A DNA stretch of 30,675 bases from Chiloscyllium plagiosum (taxonomy: Eukaryota). The notes beneath the pieces are model-generated. The model had not been told where the DNA came from and ran no database searches. It saw only the letters and a list, made by a program, of their open reading frames with translations. The stretch is taken from NCBI RefSeq assembly GCF_004010195.1, contig NC_057719.1:58448411-58479085 (forward strand), read 5' to 3'. Below, piece by piece: positions 1 through 9,858 of the stretch. The number at the start of each line of letters is the position of its first letter. The first letter of the stretch is position 1. The translations under genes were made by a program, and so were the position numbers.

Positions 1-433
1 CTCCATCTAGTGTCAAGGAAACCTCCAATTCTGAGATGGAAGCCGCCTCCATACCGTTACTGCTGGAAGAAGAGGAGGAAACTCACCCAAGATGCTTCAG
101 ACATGAGAAGAGGGAGATGGTCTGATACATATGACTCGTGACAGAGTCTGAGTCAGAGGAACTGGACTTGGGCCGAAAACGTTGCAGACGAAGCTACCTG
201 AGAAAGACCAGGCCTACATCCCCAGACTTGGGGCAGAGGGATGTAGTGATTGGAACCAGGCAGATTTTATTGGCTATGAGATACTTAATCAAGATCTATA
301 CTGAGATGACATATACAGGGATGTCAGAGCCTCCTCAGTTGTGTTTGAGCTGGCTGGCCAGCTCCAGTATATTGCACACGTGTAAATAAAGTATGACTTG
401 GTGATGGCATACCAGCCTCTGTGCCTTTATTCA
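1..433 (+). mobile_element. 3' end of a Gypsy-type LTR retrotransposon: decayed internal tail, polypurine tract (230-241) and 3' LTR (242-433)
   Basis: GGGGCAGAGGGA is immediately followed by TGTAGTG. The segment ends in TTATTCA (TG...CA termini), has AATAAA at 385-390, and abuts an unrelated integrase at 434. A homologous half-LTR lies at 25946-26075. Confidence 0.75.
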
Positions 434-1480
434 AGCACTGCCTGATTTTCTTTCTCTTGTCTGGAGTACTTACTTATAATTCACATGATTTAATGGCATT
501 TTGGATTAATGTGATAGACTTTTCCTTCAATCGTTATCAGAAATGTATAACAATGCTAACACCTTTCCACCAGTGATAAAATTCCAAGCAAATTTATTGA
601 GCACTCTCCAATTGACTTTTGATTAACTCACATGCTTTGTCAGTTTTTCTCAGGAACTTGGTACATAGGTTGGAAATGTATTCTGAGCTTTAGTATATAT
701 GTTGTTTAATAAATTTAAGGGGTCTTCTCATTTTGTGCTCATACAACAGTTCAAAAGGCCTTAATCCTATTCTACCATTAGGATGTCATTAATGATGAAA
801 AGGAGCAAGATTATTATTACAATAATTAGGAAATCTGAACAATAAGCTATAAATGTAGTCTTCAAAGTTGTTGCTAATGCTCCTTGAGATTGTGGATGAA
901 AAGCTGAAATAACTTGCTTTATTCCCAAACTTCTCATTATTTCTTTGAACATTTATATTATTTAATCAGATCAACATTCAAATTTTATTTCCTTGGGTAA
1001 TCAATTTATTATGGGAAAAAAAATTGTACCAACTACCCACCTTTTTTTGCTACTACTTTCCCAAAAGGCATTACCTCAGGAAATCTTGTTGAAACATGCA
1101 TAAAATTAAGGGACACTGATTCCCACGTGAGGTTTTAAGTAGGGGTCCAACACAATCTATTAAGACCCTGCTAAATGATTTTTCAAAAGCTGGTATTGGA
1201 ATGAAAAACACAGTTTTAACTGATTGACTTTTCCCATTGACGTGGCATGTATGACCTGATTGACAAAACTTCACCATCATTATGTAATCCTGGCCAATTT
1301 TCTTTCACACTATTCGAGCCTGTTTCCTAGTACTAAAGTGACCTGCCATTGGAACTTTTGAGCCATTCATAAATTCTTTTTTACATACATTTGGAACCAC
1401 CATCTGATGAACAGTTGTCCATTCCTCATTGGTATCTGAGATGATCTCACTTCCTGATTCACACTTTGCCTTTTAATAGT
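434..1480 (-). pseudogene. Retrotransposon integrase (HHCC zinc-binding, core, C-terminal part), disrupted
   Basis: ORFs 1071..1280 and 767..952 contain FSRVLIDCVGPL and HPQSQGALA. Many stops and frameshifts. Confidence 0.85.
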
Positions 1481-2904
1481 GCTCAGGTATTGGTTGTAAT
1501 TAAGTTTGTGAGAAAGCTCTTTATGCAGTTCTGTCAAGGCAAGATCCATATGTTGTATTTACAGTAAAGTAGATGGGCTAGACATGTTTGCCTCATTCTC
1601 TTTACCTATCTCCTTGTTACTTAGGTTTTTCAAAATTATATTAAACAAAGGAATTTTCACATCATCATTTTTAATAGATGCTCTCATGTCCTGTTTACTT
1701 GTCTGGTATTTAGTCACAACGCAGTCTGGAAATAATCTAGGAAGTTGCTAATGTAGCATCTCAGGTCCTTTTTCTTCCATTTTTGTTCCAAAACCATCAG
1801 AGAGGTCAATATTTTGATGAGCCAAGACAATCCCAAAATAAAATGAATCCCTTACATTGTGCATTGTCCCCACTACAACTGTTCCAATTCTAAGTAATTC
1901 TTTAACCCAATGTGATATATAATGTGACCAGTTTGTCACCTCCAAAAAAAAACTCCAATTTTTTTTCCCATTAGTTCTGCTGGTAGACAAATTGTATAAT
2001 CAGCCAGTATCTGTAATTTGGTCTATTAGCTCTCAAAGTCTTTGTTAGTTTGCCTCTTTAATTAGACAAAGTACCTGTTCCTTTGAATAAAAGATTCAGA
2101 ACATTGAGTGATCTGAATTTTATTTTATCGATAGTTGAAGAAGAATTTGCTTAACTGTCCTAAGACACCTCCCTTTTTGTAATGAGCTATGAGGGGATAC
2201 ATTCCACCTGTAAAATTGCTAAAGTTTTAATGTCCATTATTTTATATGCTGCCTCCTTTTCTGAGGATTCATAAGGTGACCCTGCCACTGCAACATGTCT
2301 TCCATTTAACTTCCAGAAATAAATTTTAATATGTTCAGTCATATTGCAATAGAAGCATTTTTTGTCACCTCTAGGATCTAGCCTTTCTCCTTTTATTATT
2401 TTGTTTCTGTTTATTCTGTGAAACTAATACCTTTACCATCCCAAATTTTCTGTTTCTGCAGCTTCTTTCCTGATTCCCATAGGGTTGGTTTCCATGCATG
2501 TAAGGGTGTCTATGCGATATCATAGGTACCTGCTTGAGATGCAGCTTCTTGGATCATTGATACCTGATGCTCATCTAATTAAATTTTCAATGTTATTGGA
2601 ATACAATTTTTAATTTTTTCCATAATCATCATTTTTCTCTAACTTTCTTGATCAAAACCACTGAGCTCACTTTCCTATTCTTTCTCTCCAAAATTCTACA
2701 ATAATCAAATGTGTTTTCTTCTTAAAATGTGAAATTTTAATTGTTAAGCTTGGGGACAAGCTCATAAGCATCCCATATGCTTTTTAACAGTCTCATAACT
2801 GAAGAATGTTTATCTGACAAATTAGTATACACATTTATAAACATACCATCTGATACTTCATAACATAAGTTCTGAATTCTTTTGGCCAGTTCAACATCAC
2901 AGAT

Positions 2905-3040
2905 ATCTGTTCTGAAGAAAGGTCATTTGACCCTAAATGTTAACTCTGTTTTTTCTCCACAGATGCTGCCAGACCTGCTGAGATTTTCCAGCAATTTCTG
3001 GTTTTGTTTCTGACTTCCAGTAACCACAGTTCTTTGGGTT
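2905..3040 (+). mobile_element. Short Penelope-terminus-derived repeat inserted in the Gmr1 gag
   Basis: CTGAAGA...GACC...AGATGCTGCCAGACCTGCTG...TTCCAG matches the termini of the GIY-YIG elements at 11545-11650 and 17140-17270. Gag homology resumes on both sides. Confidence 0.75.
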
Positions 3041-3974
3041 TTTGATTAGCTTCTTTTCAAATTGAGATGAAATGTCTTCCAACTCCTCCCTTCATAAATT
3101 TAGAGACAAGAGAGATTTCTTGATAAATCGACTTGGTCTTTGAAATCAGAATCTGTATCTGTTCTTTATGCCTTTACTTGGGAGATTTTTTTTCTCATCT
3201 TGGACTTCCCAAAATGGAGTTGGGAATCAAAGCAGGATAACAACTCTAAGTGAAGTCACAAGCTCCAAGGCAGCAATGACCGACCCTTATTCCCCTCTTC
3301 TGAGTCTTTTCCTGCACTCTCCATCATTCACTAAGAGGTCAGAACAACTTTCAAGACTTGAAATGGGGTCACAATTGGAAGCTGTTTAGGAAGCACTACT
3401 CAAACTAAATGATGTTGCCTAATTTGACGCACACTTTTTGAGTGCAAGATTTTAAAATTCCATTACTTATTTTCTTTGTCATCAGTTTTCAATTCAAGCT
3501 TTTTTATTTCCAGTTTTCTTTGTTCCTTTTTCATCTATTTCCGTTTCTTAGTTTTCTTTCTTCTCCCTTCTCATTTCCCTTTTTCTTCTAATACCAGTTT
3601 ATTCTTTTCTAATTTAATCATCACTTATTCTTGAAAGGAAACATCAATTTCAGGTTTCCTAGTTTTAACTCTGAGTGATAGTTAATTACTTTAAACAGCT
3701 TAACCTTGTGAAAACCTGCTTTCCTTTCTACCTGCAACTCATTGCCAACTTTCTCAGTGTAGCCTTCATCAAATATTTCATATGATTCACTGATTATTTT
3801 TCTCTGAGAGGAAAGTGTTTTTAAACAGTCAAAGCCAATAAGCAATTCCAATCCATGTAATTTACTTTGCTACAACTTATATTTTTATGCCTTGTACTTC
3901 TACATACGTAATTCTTTAAAATTAATGTATCTCTTTGAAGTTCACCAATTTTGATTCTGCAGTGATTCCCATTT

Positions 3975-4693
3975 TGTGATCTCAGTTAATTGAAATAGTG
4001 GACAAGTCAGATTTGAAAGTGAAACCTGGCTTGATAAACAAAAAGAAAAATCAAAATTTATCGTCTGATATAGAGATCAGTAAGTGAACATATTTACAAG
4101 AGGTTGACAATGTACATTTTAACAAAGAAACATAAAAGTTTATTACACAACTGAAAAATGTGTGCTGTGTTACATAATATAAGCATTATTTGAAACTGTC
4201 TTAGTACAAATACCAGAAAGTAAGATTCAACGCTTTTATCACCTCCGTGAAGGTTCACACTGCCTCCATGCTGAAGTTCCTTGTTCAGTTGGCATGGTTG
4301 CAGTTGGAATTCTTCATAGCAAATCTGTACATTCACTCAATGCATTTTTTAAAAAACTAATGTCTCTTCCTGAGGTCCTCAAATAAACTGTTAACTTGAT
4401 TCATGTATTACTTATCATGGTTTCCTTGAACTTGTGTCTCCCGAAGCTTTTGCTTCTGGAGTTTTCTTCAGACCTTCTCCCACCACTCTGACTGTTTCAG
4501 AAACTGTTTAACTAATTACCACTCTGGTGTTGAACAGATTTTATCTCTGAATGAGCTTGCACACAACCTGACGGATGTTTCTAGTTCTGTCTGTCTGTGT
4601 TACTGGACTTTTATCGCAAAGAAGCAGCAGATTTTTATCTTCTCCCTTTTTTTCCCTAATGCACTGAGCTTTTCATCTCAAGGGTTTTAAACA
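3975..4693 (-). mobile_element. Candidate 5' LTR of the Gmr1-like element
   Basis: The minus strand reads ...ATCACA-AAA-TGGGAATC, i.e. an LTR-end CA followed by a degenerate TGG-starting PBS, just upstream of gag. The far boundary is a guess. Confidence 0.3.
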
Positions 4694-6119
4694 TGTCATT
4701 TAAATATGTGTAAGCACAGCAAATCTCCAGACATCCTAATATCATACTCAGAACACTTATGTATAAACCATGAATTGAAATTTCTCTTGAACAGCGTAAC
4801 AATGGTGAAATACTTGAGGGGAGAAACAGCGAGAATGAAACTATGCGATTCTAGATGTTGAGGAAAAAATAAATCCAATTTTTGGCACATAAGATTTAAT
4901 AACTCATTACAAACTAATGTTATCTCATACACGTGCAGCTCACTATTTTTCCAGCAACAAAAATAAACTAGAAGATGCTAATTTCTGACACGAAAGTCAG
5001 GGCAGTTACCTGGTAGCTGCAGCTTGCTATTGTTTTCTCTGGGAGTTATTGTTTGGTAGAATTCCCTAATATTCCAGAGCATACTCCATGACCAGTGACC
5101 AGCTGCACGCTCGATCCATGGAAGTTGGCAATGGGCAAACGTGAGCATCAACCCATGATTATAGAACATCTTTGAATCACTTTTAAAGCATTTTGGAGCA
5201 GAAGAACATATCCCATGGAAATGCTGCTGCTAGGTTACTTCGTGCTCCTTCACTTTTGGATGCTCATGCATTGCTGTGTCACTGAGCCCGCAGGATAACA
5301 GTACCTATGTCTTGCTTTGCAAATTAGCACAGACACAAAGCCAGGCAGTTTGTCATGTTCATCAGTAATGATCAATGGATTGAACATGTTGCTGAATGCT
5401 ACCATGTTACATCAATGTCACACCTGCAGCACATGCCATCGGATTATGTGGAATGTGCTTCTCATCTATGCATAGTAATCCTTCATCAAGTCATAAATGA
5501 TGACTTCAGAGAGGGGTACTGGCATCATAAGTCAAGGGAATTGTCGAATATCAGTCCAAGGATAAAACAAAGTCTGTCAGCATGAGTTGCTGATGGTTCT
5601 ATTTTAGAAGAATTGAGGGAATGGGTCACAGGGAGTCCTGCAAGTCCAGTGCAACCGATCTGTGGATTTGTTCAATTAAGTCAGTTAGGGAGCTGCACAG
5701 ATATCAGTCTGGCATGTGCTTACTTATCAGTCGATACTGACTTTCCAGGTCAAGTCAGGGAGTGGATCATGATCGGTCCTGGGGATCTGCACTGCATTTT
5801 AAGGAGTGTGATCACATCAGAGCTGTGGTTGGGAATTCAAGCAAGTCAAGATTGAAGGCTGCTGGGATGCAGATGGGGCAATAATTTTGCAGGTGGACAA
5901 CTGGACATATAATGGTGGGAAGCAATAGAGCATGTCAGACCATGAGGTATCGCAGGAAGAGAAATGTGATCATCAATGGTCACCACCATCCTTGCTTTGA
6001 TGGAGACAACTGTGTGTAATGATCATTAACAAACTAATCTGTAAGCCTGGAGAAGTAACCTGGGTCAGCAGGTAATATGAGAAGATGGAGTAAAACCTGC
6101 TGGTATTGCCAGGGATGCA

Positions 6120-6940
6120 ACTGCAGCATGTAGGTGGGGAGAACACATTCAACTTGATTTTTCTCTCTTATTGGTTACCACGTCATCTGCCTGGACCCAA
6201 ACCAGCAGTTACATTTTCCAGAACATGGGCAAATTCAGTCACTAGTAATGTTATCTAGCATCTTGGTGATGGGTATTGAAGTTAACACCCAGATTACATT
6301 ATGTGCTTTTGTCACACTCAGTACTGATTCATTAGCCAAAGGTCGGACAGCAGGTAAACAGCAGGTTTCTTTACCTGCGTTTGACCAGATGCCACTAGAT
6401 GTCATTGGATCCACAGTCAATGTTGAGGCCCCGCAGTGCAACCCATGCTCAACTATATACCTCCATAATGCCAACTCTAATGACTTTGTCCTGCTAGTTG
6501 GACAGTGGTGTCTGGGACCTGGTCTGAGAAGTATGAATCTGAAAGATTCTGTGAACCTGACTGCTTGATCATTTGTGGAACACCTCTTCCAATTTTGGTG
6601 CCAGTCTCAGATGTTGGTAAGGGAAATTTTGCAGAGTCGCAGGTTGGGTTCAGCATTGTCATTTATGAATCCTAGCTCAATACGGTGTAGGCTACTAGTT
6701 TTATTCTGTTTGTTAAAACTTCGTAACACTTTGATTACCAGGCCATTCCAGAAGGCAGTTGTGTCAATCACATTTTCTGGGTCTCAAATCAGATGTAGGC
6801 CAGACTAGGTATGGTGGAAGATTTCCTTCCCTAAAGGACATTTATAAGCTGTATGCGTTTTCACGAAAATTGAGTATGGTTACATGGTGACCTTCAGACT
6901 GGTTTATAATTCTGGCTTTTATTGAATTCAAATTTTACTA
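6120..6940 (-). mobile_element. 5' part of a CR1-clade LINE: SINE-like body (6940-6760) running into an APE endonuclease N-terminus (~6630-6120)
   Basis: Minus strand AATGTCCTTTAGGGAAGGAAATCTTCC...TCTGGCCTACAT, then decayed EN motifs (TNI.GL.PK, DSYFSDQVPDTT, NVIWV.NFNTHHQ). Confidence 0.6.
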
Positions 6941-6949
6941 TTTTTAAAA

Positions 6950-7503
6950 AAATAACTTTCATGGGACATAGATGTCACTGGCTAGGCCAGCATTAATTGC
7001 CCATTCCTAGTTACCCTTGAGAAGGTTGTGGTGAGCTGTCTTCTTGAACCGTTGCAGTCCATGTGCTGTATGTAGACCCACAATGCCCTTAGGAAGGGAA
7101 TTCCAGGATTTAACCAGTGACAGTGAAGGAATGGTGAAGTATTTTCAAGTCAGAATCATAAGCAGCTAGGTAAGGAATCTTGCAGGTAGTGGTGTTTCTA
7201 TATATCTGCTGCTCTTATCGTCTAGATGCAACTGGCCATGGGTTTGGAAGGTGCTGTCTAACGATCTTTATTGAATTTCTTCAGAGTATCTTGTATAATA
7301 TATACTGCTGCTACTACTGAGTGTTGGTGGCGAAGGGAGTGGATGCTTTTGAATGTGGTGCAAATCAAGTAGCTGCTTAGTTCTAGATGGTGTCAAGCTT
7401 CTTGAGTGCTTTTGGATCTGCACATATCCAGACAAATGGGGAGTAATCTACCACAATCCTGACTTGTGCCTTATAGATGGTGGACAGGTTTTAGAGAGTC
7501 ATG
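6950..7503 (-). mobile_element. 3' fragment of a CR1-clade LINE inserted into the SINE-like head
   Basis: The + strand begins ATGGGACATAGATGTCACTGGCTAGGCCAGCATTAATTGCCC, the reverse complement of the same 3' end seen at 25790-25830. Confidence 0.7.
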
Positions 7504-7504
7504 G

Positions 7505-7580
7505 TGTTTCGGGGATGCAGGTTCCCAGGAATTAGCGTAGGATTCTGGATTATGAGTCCAGTGACATTACCATGATACTG
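7505..7580 (-). mobile_element. tRNA-derived SINE head (5' end of the element continuing at 6940)
   Basis: Minus strand CATGGTAATGTCACTGGACTCATAATCCAG forms a tRNA-like D arm and anticodon stem (CTGGA..TCCAG). The B box is degenerate. Confidence 0.55.
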
Positions 7581-7870
7581 TAATCATGACGGATAATGAG
7601 CTCTATACCATTTTCTTGCCTCTTCCCCATATTCCTTGATTTGCTAAGAGGCCAAAAGATCTCTCTAATCGATCTTTAATAAACCTTCTGCAGTGGAGAT
7701 TTTGAATTTCAAAATGCCATTTGTGAACTAAAATTATTTCTTTTATTATTTGTTTCCAAATAGAAAAAAAGCTTAAAATAATGTTGCATCTGAAATGGTA
7801 TCATATGTTATGGGGAAATCAGGTACTGCTGTATTAATGTTCTCTCCAGTGTTGAACTGTAGGTATCATT

Positions 7871-7889
7871 TTGCCAGCAGGTGGCACCC
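7871..7889 (+). promoter_or_regulatory. Candidate CTCF binding motif
   Basis: TTGCCAGCAGGTGGCACCC matches the CTCF core CCA(G/C)CAG(G/A)(G/T)GGC(A/G)C and lies in non-repetitive DNA. Confidence 0.45.
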
Positions 7890-7899
7890 TTATCCATTT

Positions 7900-8650
7900 A
7901 AGCAGTGTATAGCTATCAAATGAGCTTAGGATGTCAGTGTTTCTTGTAATTGCTCCCTATCTATTTGTTGCTTACTTATGAATTAACTTGCATTTATTGA
8001 ACTAAATCATTTCAATCATTTAATTACACCTGAGGAGCTGAACTATAATTGCCTGCATCTAACAAGGATCTAATGTGGCTTCAGCTGTATTAATTTGATG
8101 TTTACTTTTCTGAGTGCTAAATGCATTAAAATGATTGCGCAATGGGATTACATTTTGTTAATTGCTGGCAATCATTAGCTTGGAAATGGTGCTGAAGAAC
8201 GACTGTAAATTATGGAGGGATAAAATTTATGATTTATGTTATGAATAATAGGGCAGCCTGTCTTCTTTTAAAATGCCGATGAGATTATTAAAAATTGCTT
8301 TCTTTCTGCATCTTGGTATATTAAAAGACTGAAATTATTATTCATCTTTTTTGTACTTCTATAACTGCTTTGACTGAGACATGTACAGTACATTTAATTA
8401 ATGTAATAAAACACCTGCATTTCAGCTAATCCAAAAGTAAATGAGGAACTGAACGAAAGATTGCCTGTTTCTAAGATGCACTACAGCTGACAGCTGGAAA
8501 AAGAGCTTGAGACTTCATTGGAAATTTTCTATCAAGAACTATGTTAGCAGTTAGGTGAGAAGTTAATGGAAAAATCATGAAAGCTCGGGCATTATCGCAC
8601 CTTTTAGATTGTGACAGCTAATGAGTTGAGTATAACTCAACTACTTGTTG
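7900..8650. promoter_or_regulatory. Candidate conserved non-coding element / enhancer
   Basis: Repeat-free and AT-rich, with dense TAAT/ATTA, ATTGCGCAAT (8134-8143), TGATTTATG (8230-8238), TTAATTAA (8394-8401) and TGACAG (8488, 8612). Confidence 0.35.
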
Positions 8651-9858
8651 AGTAACTTTCTGCAGATTTATTGCTTTAAGATAAATGTGCACACAAGCAA
8701 TTTTAGTTGAACCACACAAGTAGCGGTACTATAGATTATGCCTTTTTCTTGGATGATCCATGAGAAAACAATTCACGACATAACTAAGGTTAATGTCAAA
8801 AGACTGATATAAGTTCAAATTTCTACAGGAAGTAACATATAATTCAATTCTGTTTATTGAGCACAGTTATTATTCATCTCTTGTCTTCTGCTTTTTTTCC
8901 CTACAAAAGCTTGAATAAATGACGCTAATATGATATGTAATAAATCCTTATACTAATTCTGTTCATATAATCCAAAGACAGAAACCAGACATCAAAATTA
9001 ACAGCTATTTTGTTACAAATTAAAAGTGACAGTTCTGTAGTTCTTGCAATTTTTCAACTTCAATACTTTATTTGCTTCAAGATATTTGAACATTAGACCT
9101 CTCATTAAACATGTGTCTTTGATTCTCTGTTCTCACAAAATGTCTTTTTAATTGTTTTTCAATTATCTTACGACACTTCATTTTTACATATCTGAAAACT
9201 TAGAGGAAAGACAAAAATCACTAAAAGACCAAAATGATCTGATTTACATTTAGTGATAAGAGAGGATCTATCACAGGCTGGATTATTCTGAATGTGAACT
9301 TGAATAGCTTCTATCCCAGAGTTTTAAAATCAGTCTGCACAAATTTGGTTATGCATGCAAAGTTATAGTTTTGCCAACCTAACTAATTAAACCCTTGAGT
9401 TGCTAAGTCCATCAAAGGTCCCCAGACATGATGAACACCACCACAACACTTGTCTACCAATCTTCCATTGATCACATTTACTATTGATGTTGTACCCTTT
9501 CCAGAATTGAGTTTCAACAATGTTGTAATTCATGATCTGGTCATCCAATACAAAGGTTCAGGCATGCAAAAGACTTCCAAACTACATCATAAGAGTCAGT
9601 CAATTTTACCTGTCTTGCAAGTCAGTTCTCCACGGACTTTTTTTTAATGTAATGATTTCAAAGTCTTAAGGCTTGTTTACAACATGAATGGAATTGGCAA
9701 ATACAGTTTTGTTACAAATCAACTTCATTCTGACAAAGAATAAGTTTATTAAGTTCTCAAATAAACTATGTCAATAAACTTGAATGATGATTTCGAGTTT
9801 AATGTGGATTATACTACTCATGTCAAGATCTGGGTAGAAGAACACTTAGTTCATCAGC

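Larger units (their letters stand above)
434..3971 (-). mobile_element. Decayed Gmr1-like Gypsy LTR retrotransposon internal region (gag - protease - integrase)
   Basis: Frameshifted minus-strand motifs: gag LV.KF..FI.FEK / WPKE (~3110-2860), WDAYELVP (~2776-2752), zinc knuckle CFYCNMTEHIKIYFWK (2357-2307), protease DTG (2011-2003), integrase MAGHF...WPG...FCQSGHTC (~1370-1240), FSRVLIDCVGPLLKTSRGNQ, FHPQSQGAL, and C-terminal TPDKRK (~470-450). Confidence 0.85.

Noticed and set aside
3470..3620. Pyrimidine-rich tract as splice acceptor or microsatellite
   Set aside because: Better explained as the antisense of the Glu/Lys-rich coiled-coil region of the Gmr1-like gag.
9400..9470. Tc1 transposase-like GG...VWG motif on the minus strand
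   Set aside because: Isolated short similarity, with no DDE context or terminal inverted repeats.
9610..9729. Minus-strand 120-nt exon with plausible splice sites
   Set aside because: Stops in all three frames.
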